Shown piece after piece: positions 12,868 through 24,998 of a stretch of 64,000 nucleotides of DNA. The notes under the pieces were generated by a model. That model saw only the letters and a list, made by a program, of their open reading frames with translations. It did no database searches and was not told the origin of the DNA. A program made the position numbers and the translations under genes. Position 1 is the stretch's first letter, and each line of letters starts with the position of its first letter. Origin of the DNA: Lophium mytilinum (taxonomy: Eukaryota); assembly GCA_010093605.1 (NCBI GenBank), contig MU004196.1, positions 518,606 to 582,605 of the forward strand, read 5' to 3'.

Positions 12868-14862
12868 ATGGCCTTCCGCCTCGATTCTAGAGCAACAGCC
12901 GTTGCTATCATTCCACCGCCGCATCTCCACAGCTCCATCAACGACATTCGCAGCGTACACGATAAGAGCCACAACACTTGGCCACCCCATGTCAACATTC
13001 TGTACCCTTTCGTACACCCAGAGAAGCTCTCAGATGCTGTGCAGCTGCTTCGAAGTAGCCTAGAGATCAGCGATGTCTGCCTCAACATCGCAATCGCCGA
13101 CGCTGGCTTGTTTCGACATCGCAAAAACGCCACTGTATGGCTGAAGCCTGCGCAGCATTCGGAAGATGCATTGAGACTACTTAGGAAAAAGCTCACCGGA
13201 GCTCTTGGGTGTGAAGAGCGCGAGGGAACGCATACCGGCGAATATACCCCTCATCTTTCTGTCGGGCAAAGTGCATTGAACGACGCCGTTATTGCGAAGC
13301 TTACCCAGAAGGCCGCAAAGCTCGCGGGCTTGGAGTGGCAGTGTCAGAGTCTGGTAGTTTTGAAGCGCGAACCGTCTGGGGAGATGAGCATTGTGGAGGA
13401 ACTGCCCTTGGGACCTGAGTTCTCAGCTCTACCTCCAACGCCAGACCTCAAGACTCCGAGGCAAGATTCTGAATGGCGAACATGCCACTCTTTCACGCCC
13501 GAGTGCGGGTGGACGCGATCATTCTGGCATAAGAAGCCCGCAGCGTCACCAGCTTCAGTGGAACCGAACGCCAAAGTTACCATTTCGTCTTACAATGTCA
13601 TGACAGCACCATATGCCCCGTCGTTAGACCTTCGATTCCCACTCATTGTCGATGCAATCTCATCAATACCCTTCTCCTCGTCAGTCACGGTGCTTTGTCT
13701 ACAAGAGGTGAGCGCAGACATATTACCGCTGCTACTCTCCGACCACTTCATTCAAAAGTCGTACCCTTACTCAACGCACCACCCCTCGACACACCTCCCA
13801 AGTCAACGCAATCTGGTTATCTTAGCATCAGTACCGTTTACGCACCACAAGCTTGAATTTGCGGAACACCACAAGTCCGCCTTGATTGCCGACTTTGGCA
13901 ATCTCGACTTCCAGGTAGCGAACGTACACCTGACAAGCGCGTTGACGGACAAATCAGTCCTAGCGAAAACTAACCAAATGCATTTATTGACAAAATTCAT
14001 CAAACGAGGCGCCAGCGGCAAGGAGGTCTTTGTGATTGGAGATTTCAATCTTACGACATCAGTGAGAACAGTCAAGACGGCTCTCGAAGAACGGCTCATC
14101 ACGAAGAAGACCGCACGACTGTTGCGAGGCGTTATCGACACGAGCCTCTGGGCCGACGTGTACGAGAGTGTCAATGCGCAGGCATTGAAAGATTCCTTTG
14201 ACGCTGATACGGAAGGAGAAGAGGGCGCCACTTTCGACCGAATGACAAACAAACTGGCCGCGATGTCCAAAGGGTTGATCGACAACCGACCACAGCGCTA
14301 CGACAGACTGCTCCTCCGCAAAGGGGGACGGTCACAGGCGGAAAGTTTCCTAACGTTTGGACTACCAGCTAGTGACGGGACTTGTGCCAGTGATCATTAC
14401 GGAATCACGGCAACGGTCAATATGCGGCCCACCGACGCTGAATCCGACCTCAAGGCGCCAGGTGTGGTTGCAACGAATAGAGACGGCACTATTCCACAAG
14501 ACGTTCGTCTCAATGATCGGCAAGCCAGCGAGGACCCCTTCGCTGAACATTCGATACCCCAACTGTCCGCGTCATCGTCAAGCTCCGAGAAACCTGTGAT
14601 AAGGCTTCGAAAACTTCCTCCCGCACAAGACATCATCTCTCGCATCCGCTGGGACCCGTCTTTATCTGTCTCTGATTTTGTGGTAGGGTACTCCGACCGT
14701 TTCGTCGGCGTCAAGGAAATCGACCTGGTGAAGTGGAAACTGGAGACCACGCATCTGGAGTTCATCCCCATGCACCGCGTGATGTGGATAAGACGGAAAG
14801 GAGATGGTGGAGAAAAGGTGTGGGATCGAGTTGAGAGGAGGATGACACTGGGCATGAATTGA
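12868..14862 (+). CDS. 2H phosphoesterase (2'-5' RNA ligase-like) + endonuclease/exonuclease/phosphatase + MJ1316/DUF504 fusion (LENG9-related)
   Basis: 2H motifs WPPHVNILYPF and YTPHLSVGQ. EEP motifs SYNV, LCLQEV, NVHL, GDFN, YDR and SDHY. C-terminal AQDIISRIRWD...VVGYSDRF...FIPMHRV...VWDR matches MJ1316. Confidence 0.88.
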   Translation: MAFRLDSRATAVAIIPPPHLHSSINDIRSVHDKSHNTWPPHVNILYPFVHPEKLSDAVQLLRSSLEISDVCLNIAIADAGLFRHRKNATVWLKPAQHSEDALRLLRKKLTGALGCEEREGTHTGEYTPHLSVGQSALNDAVIAKLTQKAAKLAGLEWQCQSLVVLKREPSGEMSIVEELPLGPEFSALPPTPDLKTPRQDSEWRTCHSFTPECGWTRSFWHKKPAASPASVEPNAKVTISSYNVMTAPYAPSLDLRFPLIVDAISSIPFSSSVTVLCLQEVSADILPLLLSDHFIQKSYPYSTHHPSTHLPSQRNLVILASVPFTHHKLEFAEHHKSALIADFGNLDFQVANVHLTSALTDKSVLAKTNQMHLLTKFIKRGASGKEVFVIGDFNLTTSVRTVKTALEERLITKKTARLLRGVIDTSLWADVYESVNAQALKDSFDADTEGEEGATFDRMTNKLAAMSKGLIDNRPQRYDRLLLRKGGRSQAESFLTFGLPASDGTCASDHYGITATVNMRPTDAESDLKAPGVVATNRDGTIPQDVRLNDRQASEDPFAEHSIPQLSASSSSSEKPVIRLRKLPPAQDIISRIRWDPSLSVSDFVVGYSDRFVGVKEIDLVKWKLETTHLEFIPMHRVMWIRRKGDGGEKVWDRVERRMTLGMN

Positions 14863-15381
14863 GAGCCCTCAAACCGGAATCTAAGTACGATCGCCTCCGG
14901 AAAGCATACTATTTGTGAGTCGTGAACTGGATAGCTTCCAAAAATTTGCTGAGTAAATGATTTAGGTACGAGTCATTAGCTTTACCGGGGGTATATGTGC
15001 AGTATTGATCATGAGTTTACGCATATGGGTATACTATTGCTCGAGCGCCGCCGAGGAAAGGTGCCCGACCCTCACGTCAGTGGCATGTCTCACCCGTTGT
15101 ACATATGCTCATTCATGTCCAAAGCGTAGCTCCGTTATTTGGCTCTTTATGCCAAGCTTCACAATGTCAACCATGGATCATTTGAACCACTGCGACTTGG
15201 AACAAGCAGTGAGGCTAACCTCCTGTAATATAATCTAGCTTGATTCGCTTACGCCATCCCATGGGAAGAAGTAGAGCTTTCCAAAGCTCGTGGTAATCTA
15301 GACTAAAAAAATGCCACGAAGCCTGAATAGTCTGCACATCTCAAATTTCACCAGTTGCCAACGCCTTCGAGTTTAAAGTGA

Positions 15382-16057
15382 TTGGCTTCTATTTCTTCGG
15401 GCTATGATCCTACGCAAGTCGGATTTTCAGCATATATTTCTCTTCACGAAACCCAACGAGCGCTCGACATGTGAGTTTCGTACATGCCCACAAGCATTTG
15501 AACAATCAAACTCATAAAGAACGTTCCCTAGGACCGAACCTCGCTTCATCCCCTCACGACTCCCACGGCTCCCAGTCGAGATATTTACCGACTACTGCAA
15601 AAGATACCCAGCCCTCTCCACCTCCACACTTGAGAACTTCGCATTCGCGCTTCTCAACGCGCACGAGACGCGCAGAGCGCACGGTTCTCTGGATGTTCCC
15701 GAAAGCGGGCTGGACGAATGGGTCATGACCTGGCTGCAGCACTGGGACCCTTGGCAGGGGGAAAAACCCGCTGGCGAACGAACCGCCTACCTAGCGTGGC
15801 GGCGAACGCCCGAGGGCGTTGAAGCCATCGCGAAGCGACCGCAGGCGTTTTACTATCCCCCGGTTTTGCGCTTCGCGGATCTGGAGGATGCTAGGGAGAC
15901 TTGTTCACGGTCTCATAAGACTATTATGGAGTTTGTGGATAGGATGGTGGATGATAGGGCGAATATGGATGCGTGGCCAGTGAAGTTGAGAGAGAGGTTG
16001 AAGCTTGAGAGGGTCTTTGAGAGGGATCCTGGGTTTTTGGGGTGGGCTTTTAGATGA
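15382..16057 (+). CDS. Hypothetical protein or pseudogene; 5' end unresolved
   Basis: Intron 15471-15519 (GTGAGT...AAG) links LASISSGYDPTQVG...ALDI to an open frame TFPRTEPRF...DEWVMTWLQHWDPWQG...WAFR*. An in-frame TGA lies just upstream of 15382 and no clear ATG was found. Confidence 0.35.
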
Positions 16058-16721
16058 GTTTGAGGGGGGGAAGTCGGCGATTCATTGGTTGGTTCGAGTG
16101 CTTCTAGGACACGGCAACGAACTATCGGAATGGTAAAAGGAGGTTCACGGGATGGTGGTGGGAGGATGTAGGGCTTGTTTTGATTCTTACTGTACTAAGC
16201 TTCGAGTTTAGGCGCACGGGTATATAACTGTTCTAGCTTCACTCTTGTTCTCTCGACATCACTGTGAGGAGTATTTAGGCACCGTGTTAGATACTAGTCG
16301 AGAGGTAGTCTAATCTGCGCTGCGTTGATATTCACATTGTATTTGGAGTGTTCGAAGCTTGTCGGGGTGCCTCAGATAGTTGCAAAGAGTACCCAAGCTT
16401 ATGCCTTAGACTTTAGTACAGTAGCAATACTAGAGAATTGAGACTTAACACTAGAAACTTATTTCATAATCATATATGTGCAGTAGAAGATTGCACTCTA
16501 TGCAATACATTGATTCGAGTATTGAGGGCATCGGTCAAGTGATTGATGTGGGAGGTGACGTGTGGGAAGTTTTAGGTCGCATATTAGACACTTGCTCACC
16601 GCCGTGAAGACTGTACAGGCGGAACTGGGCATTCATCATATGATAACGCACCTCGAGCAGGTTGTAGCCGCATAGTGGTGTCAAATGCCGTCGTGTTAGT
16701 CCGTCAAGACCACCATGTGCA

Positions 16722-17915
16722 CTACAACTCCCTCCTTCCAGTGCCCTCTTCCAGCCGTGCACATCTGCTTTTCCGCCGCCTATGGTGTTCCAACACCATC
16801 TGATAGGTGACGCCATCCGCCAACTTCTTGTGGTACCACTCCGCATCTACTGTGGCTTCTGGGAGGTTGTTAGGCAGCGGAAGGCTCTGTGCAGTGCCAA
16901 CCTCGTAAGAAATTCCATTCTTTTCGCAGGACTCTTTAACCATCTCCACCAGGGCCCGCACCTCGACCGTGTGATTCAGACACCATGTGCTATTCAACAG
17001 AGCGCGGCTTGGCTTCCGGAACTGTCGAAAGCTTTGCACAGTCCATGCCGGTCCTGAACGATGTCTGTAATTGAAATATTCGTCTCCGAAACTTTCGCAC
17101 TCGCACAGCTCGCTCTGCAGTCTTATGCATTCCATTAAAATATCCAGGGCTTCTTCGGGACCTACTTCAAGTTGAGGCTGCCTGAATTCAGGCTCCGCCA
17201 GCCATGGAAGCAGCGCCGTTTTAATGGTCCAGACGAAATCGTAATCCGGGTTTCCGCGCTCCATCAGTTGCATGCAACGCTCCCAGCTCTCCATGTCTGC
17301 AGCTACTTCCGCACGCCACATCTTCGAGGCTAGAAGCCACCAAAACGCCTCGTCGATTTCGATCGTAATCCAGCGCTTCCCACGGTGGGTCTCTGGACGT
17401 GGAATTGATGTAGGCAAAATGGCGTGCTTCAGCTTTCTCTCGAGGGCATCGAAAGTGTCCCTGTACCTCAGGCTGTTCATACTTAGCTGTAATGTGATGT
17501 GCCGGCATGATAGCTCGATGGCTCTGAGCTGAGGGTATGTCCAATATTCGCGAAAATTCTCTGCACGGGCTACAACAATCGGCATGCGGATGTGGGCGTG
17601 GTCTTTGAATACCGCTGTCACCTCTTGATTAAGCTGCCGGTCTACGCGGAAGATGGCCCATCGATTGGGGTCTTTGTTGCGACGTGTCGTCGTGAAGGGG
17701 GTGTCGATGCCGATGACGAGCTTGTAGACTTCGTCACGAGTCTCTCGGGGAAGATCTTTGAATCGGAAGTGGCCATCATCGTAGATGGGAGTGTCTAATT
17801 TCAGTTGCGGATGGAGGTGTTCAGTCGACGATGCTGGTGAGCCTTGGGGAGACGCCATCTGTACGTCGGGTGGAGTATCTCCAACGGCGTTGGATGCTGC
17901 CGGGCATGAAGACAT
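16722..17915 (-). CDS. Hypothetical protein with an F-box-like N-terminal motif
   Basis: Long ORF (open to 18107; start uncertain) containing FRFKDLPRETRDEVYKLVI...IFRVDRQLNQEV, a motif common in fungal F-box-like orphan proteins. Confidence 0.6.
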   Translation of the reverse strand: MSSCPAASNAVGDTPPDVQMASPQGSPASSTEHLHPQLKLDTPIYDDGHFRFKDLPRETRDEVYKLVIGIDTPFTTTRRNKDPNRWAIFRVDRQLNQEVTAVFKDHAHIRMPIVVARAENFREYWTYPQLRAIELSCRHITLQLSMNSLRYRDTFDALERKLKHAILPTSIPRPETHRGKRWITIEIDEAFWWLLASKMWRAEVAADMESWERCMQLMERGNPDYDFVWTIKTALLPWLAEPEFRQPQLEVGPEEALDILMECIRLQSELCECESFGDEYFNYRHRSGPAWTVQSFRQFRKPSRALLNSTWCLNHTVEVRALVEMVKESCEKNGISYEVGTAQSLPLPNNLPEATVDAEWYHKKLADGVTYQMVLEHHRRRKSRCARLEEGTGRREL

Positions 17916-18496
17916 TGAGGCAGTGAGAGATGTAGTGTTGAGGAATGTGCGTTCGCTTTGATGAAGTTTTATCGCGTGTGCGTCGTGTTCTATCTGAACC
18001 ATGGTACAGCCTTGACAGTTAAATCCATCGAACCTTGGGATGAATGAAGAAGAAACCCCCAAGAAATGGGGCGAGTCCATGACAGACAGCCTCCCGCGTA
18101 CGTTCATGAGATCGCTGACAAGATACTAGTTCTGGGCAAATTGGCAAAGGCCTGGGACTCTTGAGGGAGTTCCATCTGATATTTTGTGAAAGCGTTTCAC
18201 CTATCAAAAGTCTCCGAAGGATATGCGTTCAATGTGCTGTGATCTATTAGTATCGACGCACGAATGCAGTTTACTGGTTTCTGAAGTATTTATGAGCGGC
18301 GCGAGGTGACGAAGAATTTGGAATGTGAGCTGCGAGACACGTGACGCGGAGGACCGCCGCCGCAATCTATCAACTTCACCACCACAGATCCATCGCGAAA
18401 CAGCGACCTCACCCAAGTTCCATCACACACGCAACACGCCATCCTCCTCCTGGACCCCGCCCACCGTCCAGGAGCCCTCTACATCCCCGAATCATA

Positions 18497-20527
18497 ATGG
18501 CGACGCGAAGGGACATCCAGGACATTATAGGCCTACCTGGCGGCGGAGACACGCCCGCACCCAAGAAGCGCGCGAAGACTGCTGGACCACAGAAGAAGCT
18601 GCGTATGTTCAATACCACGCCTAACTGCGGAGAACGACATACTAATCCGAATGAATATCTATAGATGGCGTAAATCGCGAAGTCGCAGCGCTCTACGGCG
18701 AACGCCCTCCTCCGGTAGCTGTCTATGAGGAGAAAAAGACATACAGGGCCAAGCGGGCGAATTTGGGGCCAGTGAGGCCATGGTAAGAAATACACAATAT
18801 GTATGCGCTTCCAGCTAGGTGCTAATTGGGTCCAATGTAGGATACAACAACCTTTCACGAATCCAGCCCGCACCGATGGCCTCGTACTCAAGCATTGGAG
18901 GCGCAAACCCACGGCACGCCCAAATATCGAAAATGGCGGGGACACTGCAATGGAGGATGCGGACAACCAGTCGCCACAACTTGAGACGGACTACGAGTAC
19001 GCGCGATTCAATGTCGATGTGTCAGTTCCCTCCTACACCGACGAAGAGTACGAGGCACACCTCCGTAGCAATGAGTGGAGTCGAGAGGAAACGGATTACC
19101 TCCTGGAACTGGCCAAGGACTTCTATCTGCGATGGCCGGTCATCCATGACCGCTACGAATTCCAATCCGCAAAGGCTGAGCCCGCCGATGATGCCGCGTC
19201 TGCAGGAGATAGCATACTCGAGAATCCCACCGATGCCCTCTCTACCCTTCCGTACAACTCCAGCTTGCCCCGCGATCCTCGCTCCATCGAAGACCTCAAA
19301 GCGCGGTACTACTTTGTGTGGGAAACGACGCTGAAACTCCACCGACCGCCCGAGGCCATGGAATCCAGCGAATTCGAACTCCTCGAAGTGCTGCACAGCT
19401 ACAACCCCGACTCCGAACACGTGCGCAAGCGGATCGCGCTCGCCCTCATGAGCCGTCCGCTCGACGAAGTCAAAGAAGAAGAGTTCCTCCTCGCCGAACT
19501 GCAGCGCATCAACATCGCCGCCAACCGCCTCGACGCCGAGCGCGCCGAACTCCGCGAACGCCTGGAAGCTCCCACCCCCCAGCGCGATCTTGGCCCAGCA
19601 GGGCCCTTGGGAAACTTCCAGTCCTCGCAAGCCCTGACCGCCCTCTTCCAGCAGCTCTTCCAGCAAGACCGCTCCAAGAAGCGCGCCTCGGGCAGCGGCC
19701 GCCTCAGCCTCTCCGCCGGCGACATCATCGGCACCCCCACCGCCGCCCAGCAAGCCGCCTACAATGCCGCCGCCGGCAGCCGCAAGGCCAGCATGGCGCA
19801 CCCACCGCCCCCGCAGCCGCAGCTGCGCGCCCTCTCCGCGGCCGAGGAGCGCCGCTACGGCGTCAGCAACCACGACCGCCTCACGTCTGGCGTCTCCTTC
19901 GGCTCTGACAAGCTCGTCAAGATGCGCCAGGCTAAGAGCGGCGTGCAGACGCAGAAAATCGCTGCCGTGCTCGCCCAGCTTGGCTTTGGCGATATCATCA
20001 CGATCCCTACGGCGCGGGTGGGCGCTGCGTTTGAGGGGCTGGTTGCGAAGGTCGGGAAGCTGCTCGATCTGCGGAAGGTGCGCGAGAAGGAGGAGAATGA
20101 GGTCAAGGTGCTGGATGGCATGCGGGCGAAGCGAGCGGGCGAGGATCCTGCGGCTACCGGTTCTGCGCCGCCGCAGCATGGCCGCGATAGCACGGAGACG
20201 CAGGAGCGCGATATGAAACAGGAGGAGCGCGATGAGAGCTTGATGGAGCAGTCTATAGCGGACTCGACTGTAGGGGCCGAGACAACCTATGCGGAGGATG
20301 GAGAAGGGGGGGATGATGCCGAGGGAGAGGAGGACGATGCGGAGGGCGAGGAGGACGCGGATGGCGAGACGAATGCGACAAGTACGAGGCAGGTTTCTGA
20401 GGCAGTTAGTACGAGAGCTGCGACGACTCCAGCAGCGTCTGTGAAGGCGGGGCATAAGAGGAGTGCGAGTGTGCTTAGTGCGGGTAGTACTAGGAGTAGG
20501 GCGAGTACGAAGAGGGCGAGGAAGTGA
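18497..20527 (+). CDS. SWC4: SWR1/NuA4 complex subunit Swc4/Eaf2 (DMAP1 homologue)
   Basis: MATRRDIQDIIGL...GVNREVAALYGE...PFTNPARTDGLVLKHW...YARFNV...WSREETDYL...YLRWPVIHDRY...RSIEDLKARYY (SANT domain). Introns 18603-18664 and 18783-18840. Confidence 0.93.
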
Positions 20528-20937
20528 GGGAATGGGTAGGGGTATTGCGCTTTTGGGATGGCGCATGGGGTCTGGTTTGGGGTTAAGGTGGTGTATCGGG
20601 CTTGACTACTGCATAGCGATGGCGTTCTGTGCTTTGAAAAGGTAGGTAGCTAGCTAGGCATCGTAAAACAACTAAAGGACTGTTGTAGGTTCTTTCTTAT
20701 TTTTATCAAGAGATTGGATAGTCATACTCTTGCACTATTCCTAGGATGTCGTAAACTGCATTGGTCAATCAGCCCCATTTCATTCTGCCATCACGCATCA
20801 CATCAAAAAGAGAGAAAGAGATATAGGTTCAGAAGAGGTTTTTGTCTATAGGCCACACGGACGAGCCCCTCTCTTCCACCTGGAGTATTTATACATAGAG
20901 CCTTCGGCCATTTCACTCTCCTTCCTCCTTAGGAGAA

Positions 20938-22530
20938 CTACCACCCCTTACGCTTCTTGGCGCCATTCTTGTCGTCTTCGGTATCCTCGATCTTGATCCT
21001 GGGGTCCCTGCTATTCGCCTCGAGCTTGACTTCGACTTCGTCAGATAGGGAGGAAGAGGGTTCGGAGGAGCTGGTGGAACGGGATGCAGAGGCATTGACG
21101 GGAGACGGATGCCACCGAAGGTCCATCTCTGTATTCGCGAGGGTAGGGTGCTCTTCAACCCAGCGCCTCCGACGCTTGGCGGCATTCAGTTTCTTACGCT
21201 GATTCTTACTCATGGGCTCTGGGCTCTCCGGAGGGGCAATGTTCGAATTGATAGCTCCGCTACCGCGAGGCTGTCCACTCAGAGTTCCAGCAGGCCGACC
21301 ACTCAAGGTTCCAGTAGGCTGACGCCTCAAGTTTCCAAAAGGCTGGCGGCCGCGAGCCTTGTCTTTCGCCTTGGAGACGCCCGCTTGCGTCCCACGATAG
21401 TGGTTCGCTTGGCGGTCACCATTCGGCTTGCTCCGCGGCTTTGGTTGTCTGCGTCCTCTGGCTGCCGTACCGCCTGGGACAGCTTGGCTGTGAAACTGTG
21501 CCCACTCAGCCTCCATGCGGGCCACAAGACGACGCTGTTCCTCCAGCTGATGGCGCAGACCATCTTCGACGAGCGTGCGTTCGAATCTAGACTGCTCCAC
21601 TTCCATCCGCGCTACAAGTGAACGATGTTCTTCCACTTGTCGGCGCAAACCAGCTTCGACAGACTCCCATTCGTACCTAGGTCTTCCGCTCGGTGGATCA
21701 AAGCGAACACGATACCACTGGCCTATATCGCTATCCCACAGCCATGTAGGACCGCCATCTGACACTGGGCCGAAGTCGTTCCGCGCTGGTTGATTCTCTG
21801 CCTGCCGGTGGACCGCCTGGGAAGGCTTACCAGGGGCTCGACCCGTTGGTAAAGGCTGATCGGGAGCGGGATCTTCCACTGCCAAGGGGTGCCTTCCATA
21901 GCTGTCTACACCGCCGAAACGCACGCTGGCATGCTCCGGTCCTCGTTGAGTCGGGACCGGCGCGTGCAGTGATCGACCGGGTTGGAGGCGCGCAGGAATA
22001 AAATCCTCGAAATTGCGGTAAATCTGCGAGTCCTGCGTCGGTAGATCTAAAGTGGGCGCACCCGTTAGCTTAGCTCTACGCGAGATGCGAGTATTGGAGT
22101 CTCCCATCAGACGAGCAAAGCTCAAGTCCGCGTGGGGTGGAAGTTGCTGGAGTGCAGGGTGACTCACAGCAAAGCCATCGGCGGCTCGGTATAAAGAGTG
22201 CTCAGGCACTACTTCAACACCGTCTCTCATCGCAGGGCGAAGAAGAGATGAGCGGCCAGGGTCTGGCGAGGCTTGGTGGCGCTCTCTATTCGGGAGCCCA
22301 CGGGTGTGGAAAGATGCGGTATCATCCAGTGGTGGCGGAAAGGCGGCTTGGGGTACCGCACTTGTCCGTTCATCTCGTTGTCGCGGAAAGGCGCTTCGAG
22401 GAGCTGCACTTGTCCGCTGATAGGAGAAGATACCAGACACATCGTCTAGTTGCGTTGGTAGAGGCGGATGAAGCCGGCCTTGGGGGCGGCGACGCCGCGA
22501 TGAATCACCGAGATCTGTGTCATCATCCAT
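20938..22530 (-). CDS. Hypothetical disordered, Pro/Arg-rich protein with an internal coiled-coil duplication
   Basis: Uninterrupted ORF of about 530 aa from ATG 22530. Basic NLS-like segments MSKNQRKKLNAAKRRRR and AKKRKGW. Confidence 0.6.
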   Translation of the reverse strand: MDDDTDLGDSSRRRRPQGRLHPPLPTQLDDVSGIFSYQRTSAAPRSAFPRQRDERTSAVPQAAFPPPLDDTASFHTRGLPNRERHQASPDPGRSSLLRPAMRDGVEVVPEHSLYRAADGFAVSHPALQQLPPHADLSFARLMGDSNTRISRRAKLTGAPTLDLPTQDSQIYRNFEDFIPARLQPGRSLHAPVPTQRGPEHASVRFGGVDSYGRHPLAVEDPAPDQPLPTGRAPGKPSQAVHRQAENQPARNDFGPVSDGGPTWLWDSDIGQWYRVRFDPPSGRPRYEWESVEAGLRRQVEEHRSLVARMEVEQSRFERTLVEDGLRHQLEEQRRLVARMEAEWAQFHSQAVPGGTAARGRRQPKPRSKPNGDRQANHYRGTQAGVSKAKDKARGRQPFGNLRRQPTGTLSGRPAGTLSGQPRGSGAINSNIAPPESPEPMSKNQRKKLNAAKRRRRWVEEHPTLANTEMDLRWHPSPVNASASRSTSSSEPSSSLSDEVEVKLEANSRDPRIKIEDTEDDKNGAKKRKGW

Positions 22531-23402
22531 GGTGGCAATGATGAAGGTGTGGAGGAGAGAAAAGAAGGTGAGGTGCAAAGATATAAACCAAACGAGTTGA
22601 CGCACGGTCCCTACGCTAGTCTCTTTTCAGTCGCAAAGTCTACTTTCCCCGGGCACCTTGGCAGCGTCTTGCCATTGTTTGGGGCACCTCTATGGACTTT
22701 TACTTCTTGCGGGTCGATTTCAAAGTCCTGTGAAATAGTTGAGCGTTGAGCCTAGTAGGAAAGACCGAAAATTATACAACTCGAATGGTTTCTTTGCGAC
22801 CTTGAAATGCCCTAGGTACTTTCGAATTCAAATACCAGATTAGCAACTTTAGCACCTGACACCGTGATCAGGCAGCTAGGATGAGGTGAAGAGGTGTGCT
22901 TCCGATCGTTAATTAGGGCTGATTTCGGCCCAGTTCTATAGCACTATCGGTCAGGACCTTACGTTAAATCCTCCCTGAGTGTGCCTAAGAAATAGCAAGA
23001 AATTGTACAACTGCATCAGATCCCCGCAAGGCAATTACCCTACTACGCCTTTAAATCCGGCACAGCGGTACTATAGAGGTGGAGAAAATGGAATCCTGAT
23101 ATCCCACCCAGCGACGTCAGACCCAAGACGTTCGCGTGCCCCGCCCCCGCGTTTCTGTACTCCAACCACAACCAAACATTGGCCTCCAGCCCGTCGGCAT
23201 CTCTGATATATCCATGGTTCGCGTGGCCGCGGAATTGGGTCTGAAAACAAAGTTGTGAGATCAACTTGGCTGCTTCCTGATCTGCACTGCATCCCGTGTG
23301 AGCAATTCGTGGGTTGGTGCATATAAAGTCGACCAGCCCGGGTACTCGGTTCTGAAAGAAGTAGACAAACAACGAGCCTCAGCAGTAAAAGACCGAGCAA
23401 CC

Positions 23403-24302
23403 ATGGAAGAACAAGTAGATCGGTTAGTCAAACAGACTTGGGGTAAGTTCTCACATTTTTTATATAAGCTTTATATATCAACCATGGACTCCTAGAGCGC
23501 GATCCCTCCCCCGTCCGCACATCAACCCTCACCCAACCATCCTTATCCCAACCCACCTCGTTGACCTTACCCCCTCTAACCTCCCCCAGAAAAATTCCAA
23601 ACAACCCCCAAATCCGCACGCCACCTCATCGCCATCTCGGGCATCCCAGGCTCCGGCAAAACCACCCTCGCCGCAACCTGCGCCTCCGCCCTAAACGCTC
23701 TCCACCACCGCGCCTCCCCCGGCGCCTCGGCCGGCGGCGACGACATCGCCGCCTTCATCCCCATGGACGGCTACCACCTCTCGCGCGCCCAGCTCTCGGC
23801 GATGCCAGACCCTGCCACCGCGCACGCACGCCGCGGGGCCGCCTTCACGTTCGACGGGGACTCGTTCCTCGCGCTGGTCAAGAAGCTGCGGGAGCCGCTG
23901 TGCCCGGAGTCGGTCACCTTATACGCGCCGAGTTTCGACCATGCGGTCAAGGATCCGGTGGAGGATGATATCCCGATCGGGCCGCATGTGCGGCTGGTGC
24001 TTTTCGAGGGGAATTATCTGAGTCTGGGGAAGGGGCCGTGGAAGGAGGCGGCGGAGCTGATGGATGAGTTGTGGTTTGTGGAGGTGGAGGAGGAGGTGGC
24101 GCGGCGGAGGTTGGTGGCGCGGCATGTGAAGGCCGGGATTGCGAGGGATGAGGAGGAGGCGCGGCGGAGGGTGGATGAGAATGATCTGGTGAATGGGCGG
24201 GAGATTGTGGAGGGGCGGGTGGAGGTTAGTGAGGTGGTGGTTAGTCGGGAGGATGAGGGGTGGAAGCCGGAAGCGCAGGGGGTGGGAGAGGGGGAGAGGT
24301 AG
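23403..24302 (+). CDS. Yfh7-like P-loop kinase (phosphoribulokinase/uridine kinase family)
   Basis: Exon 1 MEEQVDRLVKQTW and intron 23443-23589, then IAISGIPGSGKTT (Walker A), PMDGYHL, RRGAAFTFD, PSFDHAVKDP and FEGNYL. Confidence 0.9.
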
Positions 24303-24998
24303 GTGTTAGTTCAACTATTGGAAAACAATGCTGTCCTAAGTTAAGTATGGACATTGAGGTTGTTGGAATTGGCCTCGGAGCTTGTAAATATGCCATACTG
24401 TTTGGTCGTGGCGAAATAGCTCACAGAGGCTCATTCGATGTATGTTGTAGAGCTGAGAAATTCGGATGCTGGGGCGATTGAGGCGATTTCCATTTTCCTA
24501 CCCGAACTATACATATCTAGTATGGTCTAAGCTAGCTGGATTCGAAAGAAGGAGTAGTAAAAGGCACGATAGCGAGTGTGGTGTTGTTCGTGGTGTTCGT
24601 GGGGGACGGTTGAAGCCGGGATGAACGGGAGCTTGGGCCGGGCTTGGCAGGAGAAAAGCGCGGGCGCAGATGACGTGCCCCCGGATCTGCGATCATGGAT
24701 ATCGGGAAAAGTGAGCCAATTCCTGCCGGCCATGATGGCATTCTGGCGTTTGGAGTCTGGCCCAAGCCGCTTCCTAGCTAGCCCGCAACCTGCCTTGGTG
24801 ATGGTGCACCGCTCTCATGGCGAAAACGCCTCCTCCATCGCAGTGAACTTGGCAGCATAGCGGTTACGTCACTGCGGTCAGGTGCGATGCGAGGTACAAA
24901 AGCTTTCCTCCACCACGCATTCCTTTCTCCTACCCACACACATCAAACCTCCATACCATCACCAAGAACCTCAAATCCATCACATCCAATTCCTCGCA

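Noticed and set aside
19022..20566. 514-aa antisense ORF over SWC4
   Set aside because: Shadow ORF caused by strong GC3 bias of the sense gene; no protein-like features.
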